Below, piece by piece: positions 38,001 to 50,100 of a stretch of DNA of 64,000 nt; positions within the stretch are counted from its first letter, which is position 1; the number at the start of each line of letters is the position of its first letter. Below the pieces are notes generated by a model. It ran no database searches and was not told the origin of the DNA. It worked only from the letters and a program-made list of their open reading frames with translations. Where the stretch lies: the NCBI GenBank assembly GCA_973895155.1, contig OZ316895.1:18051880-18115879 (forward strand), given 5' to 3'. Made by a program: the position numbers and the translations under genes. This DNA is from Marsupella aquatica. Lineage: Eukaryota; Plantae; Marchantiophyta.

Positions 38001-38209
38001 GGTTTCCTGGAAAGCTTTACACTCGCTGGTTAGGACCCTTTAGAGTAACCATGATGTTCCCCAATGGCTCCGTACAATTGGCCAACATTACGGGAGAGGT
38101 ATATCCAGTTCGCATCCATTATGACCGCCTCAAGAAATACTATATGGACGAAGATGAAGTTGTTCGCGAGGATGCTTCACAATTAAGTGGGGAGCTATGT
38201 GATGCCTAG
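32045..38209 (+). pseudogene. gag-pol: Element A gag-pol (three CCHC knuckles, PR, RT, RH, INT) with stops and frameshifts
   Basis: PR IDGGSG, RT FIDDF, RH FVDVS..NYSTTERE, INT WGIDYIG/SDRG/NGLTE/WLGPF. Lesions near 34016, ~34975, ~35113, 35563, ~35920 and ~37128. Confidence 0.95.
38185..38194 (+). other. Polypurine tract of element A
   Basis: AAGTGGGGAG three bases before the 3' LTR; the equivalent sequence precedes the family-B 3' LTR. Confidence 0.85.
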
Positions 38210-41200
38210 ACAGGAATCACTCGGCCAGTTAAGTGGGTAAAGCAGGAAGGCACCCTAGGAACACCTTAGTATAGGGACAAAACAAGGAAAATATAAACCA
38301 TTAGGGGCAACCATGGAACCCGGGCCGAGGCCGGAGGTAAGGACGCTGAGGGTGAAAACTCGATTAGGGTCAGGGCGCGTTAAGCGTCGGCGGCTAGGAA
38401 GGATCAACGGGAAGAAGAACCGGCAGAGGAGAGGGGTAAGGAGCGCTTGCAGGAGATGGTGGCTCATTTGCGAGCACGAACTAGGCAGACGACTACGGGA
38501 GGCCAACTACTGTCAGCTGCTTAGGCAAGCACTCGGGGAGAGAGTAGATACCGACGATCGACCTAAGGAGGGTATGAGCAACGTCAATCAAGCGGCACAT
38601 TTCTGGGGATGCCTGTTCGAACGGGCAACTGAGTACATCAAGACTTACGAGGACGAGGAATCAGAAAGGGCAGCTCGAGAACGGCAGGAGCTCGCTCGAT
38701 TGTGGGAGCTGCAGAAGATGGCTTTCTTAGGAGGCAAACTCATCAAGGACGAGTTCCTGTGGACGCCTACTTCCAATCAACTCGACGATCTTCTGTTTTG
38801 CAAAGACAGCGTCGTCGGCATCCGAGAGGCCATCAAGAACTGCAACGACATACACTGGGAATTAAAGGGTAGCACGGAAAGGTGGACCCAGGCAACGGTG
38901 CTAGGAGAAACCTCCACAACAGCAGAGATGAAGAGGAAGGGAGCCGTCAACGATGAAGCCACCCCGGCAAAAAGAACAAGGTCGGCGGCACCAAAGAAGC
39001 CAGCCGAGCAGCAGAGCAGGAGGCAGGGAGAAGCCGAAGAGGAGGAGGTCGATCCCATCAAGGCCATTCCAACTAGGGATGACACCTGGAAGGGCTGGGC
39101 GGCAACCCTACCAGTGGAGGTGCAACTACATTTTGCATGGGAGGAGGATGCATGCTTCACGGCCATGCAGACCAAGAAGTACCAAGGCTTCATGGCCGGA
39201 TCCGGCTTAGAGGCCTTTGTAAGATTACCATGGCTGAAGCCGGAGGTACCGGAGTCAGACCTATTAGAATTCGTGGGGTCATGGGAACCCGAGACCAATT
39301 GCACGAGGATATATGGGAAGGATTTCTATCTTACTCCCAAGGTAATTGCCGAAGTGTTTGGCTTGCCGATAGGCAATAAGACCAAATTTGATACCAGGAA
39401 GACCTTACCTGACAAGGAGTTCCGGTCGTTCCCCGGGCCATCAACGAAGAATGGCTTCTTCCGGGACACCTGCACCAACCCGCACATAGGAGAGATGATC
39501 GACTTCTTGCGGGTGACCATGCATTGTAACTTGCCGAGGGCAGAGATCGGCAAGGCACAGGTCTATCTGGCAGAAAGGCCAGACCCAAGCCGGGACTACA
39601 ACGGGTACCTCCTCAACCAATTGAAGAAGATCTTAAAGGAGGAGCAACAGGTAATCGGCATGGGGAGCGTGTCGCGGCTTGGCTATCACATGCCGCTGTT
39701 GTGCCGGTATGCTAGAGGTCAGACTTTTGCCCCGGTACTTCCCCTGCAGGTAAGGGCACCCGAGGAAGCTCCAACGCCGAGGCCGTTGGCTGAGAAGCCT
39801 CAACCACCTGTTAGCCCTACGATCGAGCAGGTGTTTAGGCCCAGGAAGGAGGACTTGCCGATGCAGCAACCAGGCATGCAGAGTCTGCTGAAACTACTGG
39901 AGAACGAAAAGAAATCGGCATCGGCAACAACAACGGCAACGGCAACAATGCAGGACACTACTACAGAGGTAGGCCTACACCGGCTCACAAGAGAAAACCC
40001 CTTTGCTGGAGACAAGGAGAGAATCAGGCCGGAATCCAAGCCCGGTGTTCGAATGTACGTGGGAATCTCAAGCTCCGAATCTGAGGCAGAATTGCCTGAA
40101 GCTCCTACCGACGAAGAGGAGAGGGAGAAGCCGGACGGCCAAGAAGTAGAGGAGGCAGTGGAGGACTGCAACCATGATAATTCCGGCTATGGGTCGGACC
40201 ATCACGTCCCAGGAGTAAGGACCTGTGGCCGGTTTGTCCCCACACTTCCAAGGGTAGTGCGAGGGGACCCCAACCAGCAGAGTAGCCCTGAGTCTCCCCC
40301 ACCAGATGTTGCTCCCCCGAGCTTCGACGGCATAAAACAGACGGTGCAGGAATTTCAGGAGCGAATCAAGCAGGAAGAGGAGGCAGCCCTGGCTAGGGAA
40401 AAGGATTTACCAGGAGGAGATTGGCCGGAGGACATCAGGCGGCTAGCCAAAAAAGGAAGCAAACCTCTAGCCACGATTGAAGAGATCCGCAAGATGGCTT
40501 GGGAGCAGAGGCCGCGATGGGCGATGCCGATTACTTCTACTTACTCCACCTACGCTAAGAATAGAGCCATGGAGTATGGTGAGATGTGTGGGGAACTTGC
40601 GCTCGGCATCTTTGGAGAGGAGTTGGAGGTAGGACCCTTTTTCCATAGGGAGCAGTTGGAGAAGCACCAATTAGAAGAAGCGGTGGCTTTAGAGAGAAGC
40701 AAGAAGGACGAGGTCATTCGGCGGCTTAGGAGGATGGAAGCCGAGATTGAAGATCTAAGGGCGGCCAAGAAAGCCCAAGATGAACTGCGGATTAAACGAC
40801 ATGAGCTGAACATCATGCAGGGGCAGTTGGACACCGCGCAGGCTGATAATCAGAATATCAAGGATAAACTGACTCAGACGCAGGGAGAGTTGGCCGACAC
40901 GATCAAAGAGAGGGAGAAGTGGAAGCAAGAGCTGAAGAATACAGAGGAGGCCCACATAACAGCCTACAGCCGGGCCATGGCGGAGACCCAAAGAAAGGAA
41001 TGGGCGTTGAAGGGGGAGCTCGAGAAAATCCGCGGAGCCCTTGAGCAGAAGGAGGCCGAGTTAGCGAAATCCTATCAAGGGATTATGGCGCTACAGCAGG
41101 AGCTTGCGTCCCTGACGGCCAGCTTCAAGGCCGACCTAAGGGAGAAGGACGAGATGCTCGAACAGACTTACGCCAAGATGAACCAGATGGAGTCTGTCAT

Positions 41201-42860
41201 CATTGTAGAGCTCGACAAGGAGCTAAGAGCAACCCAGGAGGAGAGGACTACCTTGAAACAAGAACGGGAGGAAGCCCAGAAGGAACTAGAGGAGGCACGC
41301 AAGGACCTGGATGAGACCCAGGAGGAGTTGGAGGAAATCACGAGGAAGATGGAGAACCTCCAGCGGCGGGCCGACAACCAAACGGAGCGGCTGAAGAAAC
41401 AAGCCGCAGTATTTAAGTGCTTGTCTTCATCAGGCCCAACTCCAATTGGGGCAACCAAGTTACCAGGAGTGGTACTGGCCGAAGAAAAAGCCGCGCCACC
41501 TGCACCAGTGCCGGAAGTAAGTGGGAAGGGGAAGGGACCAGCTGCCGAACCAGAAAAGAAGAAGAAGCGGAAACCTTCAGGGTCAAGGAGTAATCCGACT
41601 CCACAAGCCGTGGTGACCAAGGAGGTAGAACCAGCACCATCCTCCGACATGAATACGGCAATAGATCCCGCTATCATCACAGGTGGGGGTGGTGCGGCCC
41701 AAGCCGAACTACTCAGTAATGAGGCCGGTATCCCAGATCCGCCTCTTGAGCAGGCCGGGGAGACCCAAGCCGTGGCTGAGGCCGTAACCGGTTCCCGAGC
41801 CGATGCCGACGCCGATGGTGGACCCAGTCAGGCCGATGGAGAGTTGACTCAGTCAAGGGCAGGTAATCTGTCAGAGAATGAACCTACGGCAGTGGCTGAG
41901 GAGGAAGCGTTGGGGGCGTCCATTAAGGATCCACCACCGGTGTCGTGACGGTGCAAGGGCGCCGTTCCTTTTAGGGAGGGCGGACGTGGAGGGAGGAGGC
42001 GTGAGTGGGCAGGGCGGGCGCTGATCTCCAAGTTTAGGATTAGGATCAGGACCAGGAGCGGCCCTGACACTTAGCTTAGTGGGATTGCGGTTCCACTAGT
42101 AGGAGCAACACTTGTGCTCCTGCCTTGCTGTACATAGGTAGATTCGGGCAAGTAGATTACTGTTAAGTAGATTAGGCTTACGATGCAAAGAATGGCGGAT
42201 CCACTACCAGGATAAGTACCTGGGCAGCGGGGAGCTCAGGGCCTCTTCTTTAGCAAGTTTTTAGTTTGCACCAGCCGGGCTGGGATCAAGTAGTACGAGA
42301 AGCTCTCGGTTAGTCATACAGTGACCCTTGTGTATATTCATGTTTCCTCATGCCTAAGAGCTGAATAGAGTTGGCCTCACGGCTTAGTTCGCAGAACTTG
42401 TGTATGAGATGTACTGTTTGTATGGCAAGTGCATGGTATGACTCAGTCAGAATGAGTCATTTTGCTATTTGTGTGTCGCATTAACTTGTGTGACGAGTGC
42501 CCACATCAACCAAAAGGAAGGAAAGTAAGCAGGGGAGTGAGAGTTGGATGTGTCGAGCTGAGAGAGGTCTTAGCGGCTTAACCAAGCCTATTGGGGATCA
42601 TTCCGGCGGCGGAATCCAAACATACCTAACAAGACGGAGGGGAAGACAGGGGAAGGCCTAGATTAGGCCGGCTACGTATCTCATGACCCGATGAAGGATC
42701 TGTCCAGTATATGTGTGTAAAATGTTAATAGTAGTAGTAGAAGGTTAGCAGCGTCCCATGCCGCTAAGCCGCGGAAACGGCCTCGCCAAGCGCGAAACCT
42801 GTGGGAATCGGCTTGAGCTGGGGGGTTTCTTGGGTTTAGGGAGCCATGGCACGCACCACA
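38198..42860 (+). repeat. 3' LTR of element A (4663 bp)
   Basis: Direct repeat of 27313-31975, followed by the TSD. Confidence 0.97.
38313..41948 (+). CDS. Second intact copy of the LTR-encoded 1211-aa protein
   Basis: Same 115-nt offset in the LTR, same length and near-identical protein. Confidence 0.85.
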   Translation: MEPGPRPEVRTLRVKTRLGSGRVKRRRLGRINGKKNRQRRGVRSACRRWWLICEHELGRRLREANYCQLLRQALGERVDTDDRPKEGMSNVNQAAHFWGCLFERATEYIKTYEDEESERAARERQELARLWELQKMAFLGGKLIKDEFLWTPTSNQLDDLLFCKDSVVGIREAIKNCNDIHWELKGSTERWTQATVLGETSTTAEMKRKGAVNDEATPAKRTRSAAPKKPAEQQSRRQGEAEEEEVDPIKAIPTRDDTWKGWAATLPVEVQLHFAWEEDACFTAMQTKKYQGFMAGSGLEAFVRLPWLKPEVPESDLLEFVGSWEPETNCTRIYGKDFYLTPKVIAEVFGLPIGNKTKFDTRKTLPDKEFRSFPGPSTKNGFFRDTCTNPHIGEMIDFLRVTMHCNLPRAEIGKAQVYLAERPDPSRDYNGYLLNQLKKILKEEQQVIGMGSVSRLGYHMPLLCRYARGQTFAPVLPLQVRAPEEAPTPRPLAEKPQPPVSPTIEQVFRPRKEDLPMQQPGMQSLLKLLENEKKSASATTTATATMQDTTTEVGLHRLTRENPFAGDKERIRPESKPGVRMYVGISSSESEAELPEAPTDEEEREKPDGQEVEEAVEDCNHDNSGYGSDHHVPGVRTCGRFVPTLPRVVRGDPNQQSSPESPPPDVAPPSFDGIKQTVQEFQERIKQEEEAALAREKDLPGGDWPEDIRRLAKKGSKPLATIEEIRKMAWEQRPRWAMPITSTYSTYAKNRAMEYGEMCGELALGIFGEELEVGPFFHREQLEKHQLEEAVALERSKKDEVIRRLRRMEAEIEDLRAAKKAQDELRIKRHELNIMQGQLDTAQADNQNIKDKLTQTQGELADTIKEREKWKQELKNTEEAHITAYSRAMAETQRKEWALKGELEKIRGALEQKEAELAKSYQGIMALQQELASLTASFKADLREKDEMLEQTYAKMNQMESVIIVELDKELRATQEERTTLKQEREEAQKELEEARKDLDETQEELEEITRKMENLQRRADNQTERLKKQAAVFKCLSSSGPTPIGATKLPGVVLAEEKAAPPAPVPEVSGKGKGPAAEPEKKKKRKPSGSRSNPTPQAVVTKEVEPAPSSDMNTAIDPAIITGGGGAAQAELLSNEAGIPDPPLEQAGETQAVAEAVTGSRADADADGGPSQADGELTQSRAGNLSENEPTAVAEEEALGASIKDPPPVS

Positions 42861-45800
42861 AGGTCCTACATATCCTGGAAAATACCACATCAGGGAGATT
42901 AGTGCGAGAGATACTCCCCATATATCCCCCAGGACTCTACATCACCCGAATCTATTCATATCATGCTACAAGTACTTCACTGACTTTAACACAAATATGG
43001 CATAATCGCCTTGGACATCCTGGTACAAGTATGTACCACAATATACTTAGGGCTACCGTGGGCATACCTAAAGGCGTTCACCCATCTACTACCAGCAAAC
43101 CCTGCCTCGCATGCTCACAAGGAAAAATGGTTACCTGTCCCTCACCATCCAAGACAATACATCAGATACCACAATTTTTGGAGAGAATACACGCTGATGT
43201 CTGTGGCCCCATTGACCCTCCTTCTGGCCCATTCCGATATTTCCTAGTTATCATTGATGCCTCTACTAAGTGGTCACAGGTCTCCCTGCTCTCTACCCGT
43301 AACCTGGTCTTCCCACGAATATTATCGCACATATTGAAATTAAAATACCAATTCCCAGAGAATCCCATCAAAACCATTAGAGTTGATAACGCGGGGGAAT
43401 TTACCTCCAAAACTTTCGATACCTTTTGTGAAATTGCAGGTATCAATACAGAATATCCGGTTCCACATGTTCACTTTTAGAATGGTCTTGCAAAATCCAT
43501 AATCAAATGAATACAGATGGTGGCCAGACCTCTCCTGATGCAGTCAAATTTACCAGCATCAGCTTGGGGCCATGCGGTCCTGCATGCAGCTGCCCTTATT
43601 CGACTGAGACCGTCCTCATTTAATACACAGACCCCACATTTTCTAGCATATGGATTACCACCAGACATCACACATCTACAAATTTTTGGCTGCCTGGTAC
43701 TTGTCCCAATTTTAGGTCCCAAGAGAACTAAAATGGGACCTCAGAGACAGCGCGGTATCTATGTGGGCTTTGACTCACGCTCTATTATAAGATGTTTGGA
43801 ACCTTCCACAGCAGATGTTTTTAAAGCACGGTTCCAAGACTGCCATTTCTTTGAAGACGATTTTCCAACCCTTACAGAAGATCCCATGAGAAATGGCAAT
43901 GTACCAGTGAAAGACTTACAATGGTTGTCTCCTCGCCTGCTTACAGAGGACCACCGAACTAAAGAAACAGATCTGGAAGTACAACGTGTTCTCCACTTAC
44001 AATAGATGCTTATGAAACTTCCTGATGCATTCAACGATGCAGCCACTGTCACTCGCTCACACATCGAAGCAGCCAACATACCAGCTCGAATTTCTCGGCA
44101 GCCTACACCAGCCACTCACGCTGCACCCAAGGCCAAAAGAGGACGCCCACTGGGATCCAAGGACTCTCATCCAAGACAGTCCCGCACGAGTGTAGCTCGT
44201 CCATCTCCCACCATTACACCAACCATAGAACCATCTTCACAAGGACCAGCCGATAATGAGGAGATCACAATTAATTACGTACATACCGGGAAGATAATGC
44301 AGCGTGATACAATCCGAATTGATGATATCTTTGCATTCCAGATTTCCGAGGACATTATCAATACAACTCCTGATCCCCTAACCATTGCTGAGGCCCGAAC
44401 TCGCCCGGATTGGCCACAATGGGAGCTAGCTATCAATTCAGAACTGGACTCCCTAATCAGACAAAAAGTTTTTGGGCCCATCATTCCTGCACCTGCCGGA
44501 CTTCATCTTACAGGATACAGATTTATTTTTGTTAGAAAATGAAATGCGAAAGGAGAAGTTATCAGACATAAAGCACGCCTAGTCGCGAAGGGCTATACCC
44601 AGATCCCCGGCCGGGACTTTGATCAAACATATTCTCCTGTCATGGATTCCATCACATATAGATATCTTATTGCATATGCTCTTATCCACAAACTAGTAAT
44701 GCATATTTTAGATGTGATTATTGCCTATCTATATGGTACCCTTGATACCAAAATTTATATGAAGGCACCCCCCAAACTCATCAAGCGATTGACGTTTCAC
44801 ATTGAGGGGGAGAAAACCGGTAAACTAAGCCCAGGTCTACAACCTGGAGTACAGCAAACTTGTCCTACAGGCAATTTGACTTCAGTGACGACTGAGACTG
44901 GACCTTTAGTCCCAACCACACAAGATGTGCTACACACATCCGCTCAGAGGAAACGAATGTCTTCCTCACAGGTTACCCCTGTTACACAAACAAAGAAAGT
45001 TAAAAGAGAACTTGCAGTTCAAGTACTTCGCTCTCTATATGGTTTAAAACAGAGTGGGTGGACCTGGTATAAACGCTTCAAAGCTGAAATGATTGCACTG
45101 AATTTTATTACTGACGATATTGCCCCTTGCCTATTTCTCAAACAGGACGGAAATGAATTCGTCATTATAGCAATTTATGTTGACGACATCAATATTTTTG
45201 GCACAGCAAAAATTACAGCTGATACAATAGACATCCTAAAGAAGATATTCGAGATGCGGGACATAGGTAAACCCACCTATTGCTTGGGCTTACAGTTTAA
45301 TCACTTGCATCATGGCATACTCATTACTCAATCTACCTATACTGAGAAAGTATTAAAACAGTTTAACATGGAGACTGCTTACCCTGTTAGCACTCCTATG
45401 GATTTGAGATCCTCAGATCCTGCAAAGGATACATTCAGGAAATGGACTGCACGAGAAGCCATTCTTGGCCCAGAAAAGCCTTACCTCTCAGCAATCGGGG
45501 CTCTCATGTACCTGGCTACACAGTCCCGTCCTGATATCTCTTTTGCAGTCAATCTTCTTGCACGCCATAGTGCCAAACCCACTATTCGTCATTGGAATGG
45601 CGTAAAGCGAGTATTCCGTTACCTGCAAGGAACCATAGACCTGGGACTATTCTTTCCCAAGCAGTCAGAAAATCTATTGGTGGGATATGCAGACGCAGGA
45701 TACCTTTCAGACCCTGACGATGCAAAATCCCAAACGGGATATGTTTTTCTTCAAGGAGGTACTGCTATCTCCTGGAGAAGCTGCAAACAAACATTGACAG

Positions 45801-46182
45801 CTACTTCGTCCAACCACGCGGAAATCATTGCCCTCTACGAAGCCACTAGGGAATGCATTTGGTTAAGAAACTTGATGGATCATATTCATACACACACAGG
45901 GAACTCTCGTTTGGATAAACCTACGATTATCTATGAAGATAATCGACCCTGTGTCGATCAGATAGTGCAGGGTTTTATCAAAGGCGATCGTATTAAACAT
46001 ATAGCACCTAAATTCTTTTATACACATGAGCAGCACGGCGGACAGGTCAATGTACAGTGGATTCCTAGCAAGGAAAATCGAGCAGATTTATTTACGAACC
46101 ACTACCATCATCTCTCCACAGAGAACATACATATGGTATAGGCATGAGAAGCATGACCTCACTGCTGCAAGGCATCAATAGA
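42861..46182 (+). pseudogene. pol: Copia integrase, RT and RNase H with in-frame stops
   Basis: WHNRLGHP, HADVCGP, IRVDNAGEF, SLYGLKQSG, IYVDD, GYADAGY and KHIAPKFF. Stops at ~43478, 43508, 44003 and 44540, and a frameshift near the end. Confidence 0.93.
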
Positions 46183-47023
46183 TAAATCGGAACTGACATT
46201 ATTGATGCAACGCATTCATGAATATCTCAACATTTCTTACACACAGGCTACAGTTTTGAATATCTATAGATAACCAGCGATATACTCTACTACCATTCTG
46301 TCACTCGACATTCGACTTATGCTCATCCGCAAGCTGAATAACAGAGCCGAGCTCAGGATATATCTACAAATCAAGAATCGAGAGAGATAGACGTCAACTA
46401 GCAACCAACTCATTTTCGCACTTAATCACACATAAGCGCAACATCTTCTTACCGTCCGAGCTTTATTGATTATGACCGAGTTATTGCACCGAACAAACCA
46501 AGCGCAGGATGACGCCAAACTCCAGGACCCTGGGCGCACAACCGCGAACAACAGAAGTAGCAGCAGTCAACCCCAACAACGACTCAATCGCCACTTCTTG
46601 ACTCAACTTCTTGACTCAATAGCCATCCACATTCTACCTCAGCACTGCCGCGCAGCAACATCTGATCACAGAGCAATCTCCGATTTCCCGTTCCCATCGA
46701 TTACCTCGAAGTTCAAGCTTCAGCTCACGAAGGAGACTATCGAATGCATACCTAGTCTGTAAACTTCTTTTTACACTTAGCCTTACACTCAATAGTCAAT
46801 AGAACTTAGATTTACTTTTACAGATACAAACTACTTATCGTTATAATTCTTTGATATATTTCATTTGGCCTTAGACCATGTAATAGTAGTGGCACTCTTC
46901 CCATGATTGAAGCATGGTTTTAATGAGACCATACTACACTTTGGCCAAATAATAGACATATCATTACAAGGGTTAGTTTTTCCCCATACTTTTATGGTTG
47001 TTTGAAATATTTTTCATTCAACC

Positions 47024-47191
47024 AAGGGGGAGTGTTATAAGGGACAAAACCCTAACCCTACTTACCCTAGAACATAGGAGGTTACATAACCGCCATACCA
47101 TGTACTACATAGGGAGAGATTTCCACTCCCACAATGCAATGAAGGAAGTGAGCTTGCTGGTGTATTGAATGTCCATGATTAATCCATATTA
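47024..47191 (+). repeat. Copia PPT (47024-47032) and 3' LTR (47033-47191)
   Basis: AAGGGGGAG followed by a 159-bp copy of the 5' LTR. Confidence 0.93.
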
Positions 47192-47196
47192 CTAGG

Positions 47197-50100
47197 CACT
47201 AAGTCCTATTGGTCTCATCTAATCCACACAGACGTTGCAGCTTCTCAGTGAGGCTCTTCCAAGCTTGAAGGTGAGAACTCCAGAAGTCTCGGACCTTCCA
47301 AATGCCTAACTTGCCACATACCATAACAACTGCAGACAGTGTATCTTCTGAGAGGTCATAGAACCCTTGTAAGCAACGGAGCAAGTCCTCCACTCCCCAA
47401 TGTTCCGGGATGGAACCAGTACCCGGGCAGAAGATCAGATGGCTCCTCACCTGCTCCCAGGCACACCAAATCTGTCGAGTGTAGGCGAGTTTACCAAAGG
47501 AACGAGGGGTGCTCAAAAGTAGTTTATCCTGCAATGAGTAATTGTTCCTGCGTACAGTCTTGAAGTTGCGCCATTTTGTCAGTAGTAAATTTGCAGCATA
47601 CATCTTAGACCATTCCGCCTCTGGGTGATTCAAGGCTCCACTGAACCACTTACTCAATAAGGCATCAGAATGGCTCCTGAATTCCTTCAGGCCAAGGCCC
47701 CCATCCATCTTGGGTCTGCAAATTGTTTGCCATGCCACCAGTGGTATTCGCTTCCCTCCCTGCTTGTTCGTGCCCCACAAGAAGACCCGACTCAGAGCAA
47801 TCAATTTCTTAGCTAAAGAGGTAGGGGATTTGAGAAACATCATATGATATATAGGGATCGCCTATAAGACATGTTTAACCAACAATACGTAAAAGTCTAG
47901 CACTAATACGGTCCAAGCAAAAACAATGTAGTTGTGCTTCCGAGAGGCCAGAGCCAAAAGGTGCCCCCAAATATTTGTGTACCTTCCCTTCCCTACTGAT
48001 CACACAGCCCGTGTTCCGCAGCCAAATTCGGATCTCTTCCAGGGCAAGGGGCACCACAACTGACTTACTCAGGTTGAGCTTAGCACCCGTTGCACATTCA
48101 TAGCAACTGATAGCACACCGAGCCTGTTCAAAGGCCAATGGAGTGGCAGGGATGAAGAGGCCTAGGTCATCAGCAAATAACCTATAGCAGATGTTCAGTG
48201 ACGCAGAGACTTGAATTCCTTGTAATCGACACGCTGCAATCTCAACTTTGAGAAAATCCATAAGAGGCTGTGTTGAGATTGCAAAGAGTAGAGGGGAGAG
48301 AGGGCAACCTTGACGTACCCCTCTGCGCATCTGAATGTCATCAGTCCATAAGCCATTCACCAGTGCCTTAGAGCAAGCATTGCTAATAAGAGATCGAACT
48401 AGGAAGATAAAATGGGAGCCAATTCCTAATAAATACATTGTTTCCCAGATATAGGAATGATCTACTCTATCAAAAGCCTTTTCAAAATCCAGTTTCAGAA
48501 AAAGCGAAGGAGTCCGGGTGCAGTGGATCCAATCATTGGTAAGCCAGGTGAGTGAGATGTTTTCGAGAATGTGTCTGCCAGGTATGAATCCAGTCTGCTA
48601 GGGACTGATCAGCTTGGGCAGGAGCAGTTTCAAACGTAGGGCCACCAATTTGGCCAAAAGCTTGTAAGTGATAGTTAGCATGGTTAATGCTCTCCAATCA
48701 CCCAATCAACGCTTATCAGTTTTCTTTGGTATAAAGCGAATGACCCCCTCCTTGATGCAGAAGGCCAGATTTCCAGTTCTCCAGAAATCGCAAATCATTG
48801 CATGAAAATCAGTTTGTAAGAAATGCCAACATGCCCTGAAAACCTCAGCCATCATCCCGTCCACGCCAGGAGCTTTGTCATTGGGGAGCAACATCAAAGT
48901 CTCCTGTACGTAGTTCACGAGCAGATGCAAGTTCTTCCAACATCCTTATTTCAGCAGCCGAGGGGGCAAAGTGAGTGGCTCCGGTCAGCACTCTTTGTGC
49001 AGCAAGTCACTTCCTGAGGGCCACAGCATCCAGATCAGGGGGCGAGTACAGCTTCTCATAGAATGTCTGTACTTCCTGAACAATCAGTTTCTCATCGCGT
49101 ATTTCGCTTCCTCCTTCAGCAACAAGGTATTCCATTTTTCCCTCTGTCTTTTTGCTTTCATAGTAGCGAAGTAGAACTTGGAAGGTTCATCCCCTTGCCC
49201 TAGCCATTTAATTCTAGAGACTCTACAGCAATGATGAGCTTCTTCCAACTCAAAAGCCCTAACACTGCTCTCCATGCTGGTAAAATCCTTTATGTTGTCA
49301 GGAGAATAATCCTCCCTGATAGTGATCTTCAGAACTCGAAGTCTATCACGCAATATACGCAATTCTTCATCACGTGAGATGGGAGAAGCTTGCAGCCGTA
49401 TGTAGCATTGTTGTAAATGCTGATATGCCTGAGTAAAACGTAGGTGGGGATCAGTCGGAGCCGATTCAATCCCCAGCCAGGCATCCGCCAGTAATTTCAA
49501 ATTCTTGTCCTTCCGTAGCACTCCAGGATTTGCCTTAAAATAAGAAGCTCTTCACTGATCCGATTCAGTCAAAAGAATGGGGGCTAGGCAAAATGAAACA
49601 ATGACCGGGTCATGATCGGAGAGTGCCAAAGACCCATCGTGGGTGAGTTCAACCAGCTCCTCAGTCCATCGGCCTTGCTCAGAGAAGTAGAAGCGATCTA
49701 GATGGGATTGAACCAGTACACCATTCCGTACTCTTCACCAGGTAAATCGAGAGCCAGTTACTTGGCCAAGGATCGAGTAAGCATCTTGTAAATCCAATCA
49801 AAGCTTCAGAAAATGCCAGAATTCATGCTCACGTCCATGGATCAGGGGGGAGGGGCCACTTGAGTCAGCACGTGACTCGGTCATGTTAAAATCACCACAA
49901 AAGACCCATCAATCGTGCGGGAGATCATTTCTCAGATCATTCCACAACAACGCTCTCTCGCCATCAAAATTAGGAGCATACACACTGATTAACCCAAAAT
50001 TTCCCTCCAGATGCTCCATTTGGATCCACATAGTGCGTCCACGATCCAACTGACCAGATGCCAGCACTTTATATGCAGGATTCAAAAGAATAGCCGTTCC

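Larger units (their letters stand above)
27313..42860 (+). mobile_element. Full-length 15548-bp Ty3/Gypsy non-chromovirus element, family A, with coding LTRs
   Basis: TGTGATGCC..GCACCACA LTRs of 4663 bp each; AGGTC TSD at 27308-27312 and 42861-42865; PBS, gag-pol and PPT present. No chromodomain or second RNase H was seen. Confidence 0.97.
25447..47191 (+). mobile_element. Ty1/Copia retrotransposon, Bianca lineage, inserted in LINE ORF2
   Basis: Two apparently identical 159-bp LTRs with TG..TA ends; CTAGG TSD at 25442-25446 and 47192-47196; gag-PR-INT-RT-RH order; Bianca-like gag (GANYLSWSLD, IFIRHHL). Confidence 0.93.

Noticed and set aside
27313-42860. Tandem segmental duplication of a host gene, or an assembly artefact
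   Set aside because: The repeats have TG..CA ends, a PBS, a PPT and a 5-bp TSD, and they differ at dozens of sites. Independent copies share the same termini at 3272 and 59946.
46466-46762. 98-aa extra ORF in the Copia 3' region
   Set aside because: Short, starts at a non-ATG codon and has no recognisable motif.
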